IMG/VR virus record: IMGVR_UViG_3300028601_000023
Location: 32,001-96,000 of that record
DNA: 64,000 bases
Origin: a virus
Lineage: Duplodnaviria > Caudoviricetes
Reading direction: 5' to 3' (one strand)
Part shown: piece by piece, positions 63,166 to 64,000 of the stretch
Layout: each line of letters starts with the position of its first letter
Position numbering within the stretch: the stretch's first letter is position 1
Made by a program: the position numbers and the translations under genes
The notes under the pieces: generated by a model
Told to the model about the DNA's origin: nothing
The model's input: the letters and a program-made list of their open reading frames with translations, nothing else
The model's database searches: none

Positions 63166-64000
63166 ATGTTAGCTTACACCAAAGATCTAAAGGTTTTTCG
63201 TTCCAAGGATTTCAACTACAACTTTGATATGAAGACGGGATTCACTCAGCTCTGGGGCAGAACAGCTGATGAAGATCCTGAAGTTGCACCGTTTCCTGTA
63301 ATAGCCGACATAGAGATTACAGAGGTTTGTGCTGGACCCGGGGGAGTAATTTGTCCATTCTGTTATAAATCAAACGTTCCTCATAAAGGTTCTGTAATGT
63401 CATTGGAACTTGCAAAGAACATCATCGACAAGCTTCCAAAAGAACTCACCCAGATTGCATTTGGTGTTGATGCTCAATGTGAATCCAATCCAGAATGGTA
63501 TGAAATTTTTGCATATGCTCGTAGATCTGGATTCATTCCAAACGTAACTGTTGCAGATATTACAGAAGAGACTGCAGTAAAACTTGCAAACATGTGCGGG
63601 GCCGTTGCAGTTTCCAGGTATGCTGATAAGAACTGGTGTTATGACTCAATTGAAAAGCTTACACGGAATGGTCTAAAGCAGGTAAATATCCATATTCTAC
63701 TCAGCGCAGAAACGCTTCCATGGGTCTATGAAACAATTGAAGACGCAAAAACAGATCCTCGTCTTGCTGGTCTGAATGCAATTGTATTCCTTTCGTTGAA
63801 ACAGAAAGGCCGAGGTGTACACTTCAACAGAGTTTCTCAGGAGCAATACAAAGAAGTTGTAGGTAAGTGCTTTTCTACTGGTATAAGTTTTGGCTTTGAC
63901 AGCTGTCAAGGCGCAGCATTTCTGAAGACTATCAAAGACCGTCCTGATTATAAAAAGATTGAGCAAAGTGTGGATCCTTGTGAGTCGACAAGATTCTCCA
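63166..64000 (+). CDS. Radical SAM (probably SPASM/twitch) enzyme, truncated by the window edge and missing from the ORF track
   Basis: AGGAG RBS; frame open to the end; DIEITEVCAGPGGVICPFCYKS (CX7CX2C), GFDSC and DPCESTRFS. Confidence 0.85.
   Translation, partial: MLAYTKDLKVFRSKDFNYNFDMKTGFTQLWGRTADEDPEVAPFPVIADIEITEVCAGPGGVICPFCYKSNVPHKGSVMSLELAKNIIDKLPKELTQIAFGVDAQCESNPEWYEIFAYARRSGFIPNVTVADITEETAVKLANMCGAVAVSRYADKNWCYDSIEKLTRNGLKQVNIHILLSAETLPWVYETIEDAKTDPRLAGLNAIVFLSLKQKGRGVHFNRVSQEQYKEVVGKCFSTGISFGFDSCQGAAFLKTIKDRPDYKKIEQSVDPCESTRFS

Noticed and set aside
36-63966. Most minus-strand and nested alternative-frame ORFs in the track
   Set aside because: They are shadows of well-supported + strand genes or overlap promoter cassettes. 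Only 23009-23404 is credible.
1-64000. Stop-codon reassignment and tRNA genes
   Set aside because: Core genes are full length in the standard code and all three stops are used. No cloverleaf was recognised by eye; tRNAscan would be needed to confirm.
1-64000. Apparent abundance of GATC, AGATCT and TCTAGA as a methylation signal
   Set aside because: It cannot be counted reliably by eye and may follow from codon preferences (GAT, CTA, TCT). It needs a codon-controlled k-mer test.

Overview
This 64-kb window is part of a large T4-like (myovirus) phage genome. It is AT-rich, uses the standard genetic code, and almost all genes lie on the + strand. It carries the replication core: gp45, gp44, gp62, gp43, UvsX, gp41, gp61, topoisomerase II, DNA ligase, RNase H and a RuvC-like resolvase. 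Nucleotide metabolism is of the anaerobic type (NrdD/NrdG, ThyX, dCMP deaminase, dUTPase, dNMP kinase), which suggests an anaerobic host. There is an RNA-repair set (Rnl1, Rnl2, Pnk-type kinase, CCA-adding enzyme) and a long early region of small genes behind repeated TTGACA-N17-TATTCT promoter cassettes. Six things stand out. (1) uvsX is fractured by a split intein with a frameshifted Vsr-like endonuclease between the halves. (2) About nine ORFs start with a T4-type capsid-targeting leader, and two of them look like protease-cleaved polyproteins of injected cargo. (3) Three proteins share an MKIRxGFVSNSSSSSF leader, and an unusual CX7CX2C radical SAM enzyme is a possible maturase. (4) A HAD + two glycosyltransferases + C5-methyltransferase cluster suggests DNA hypermodification. 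(5) An 800-bp non-coding region has mirror-image hairpin modules and may be an origin. (6) Several hairpins occlude ribosome-binding sites. All calls come from motif recognition by eye; no searches were run.
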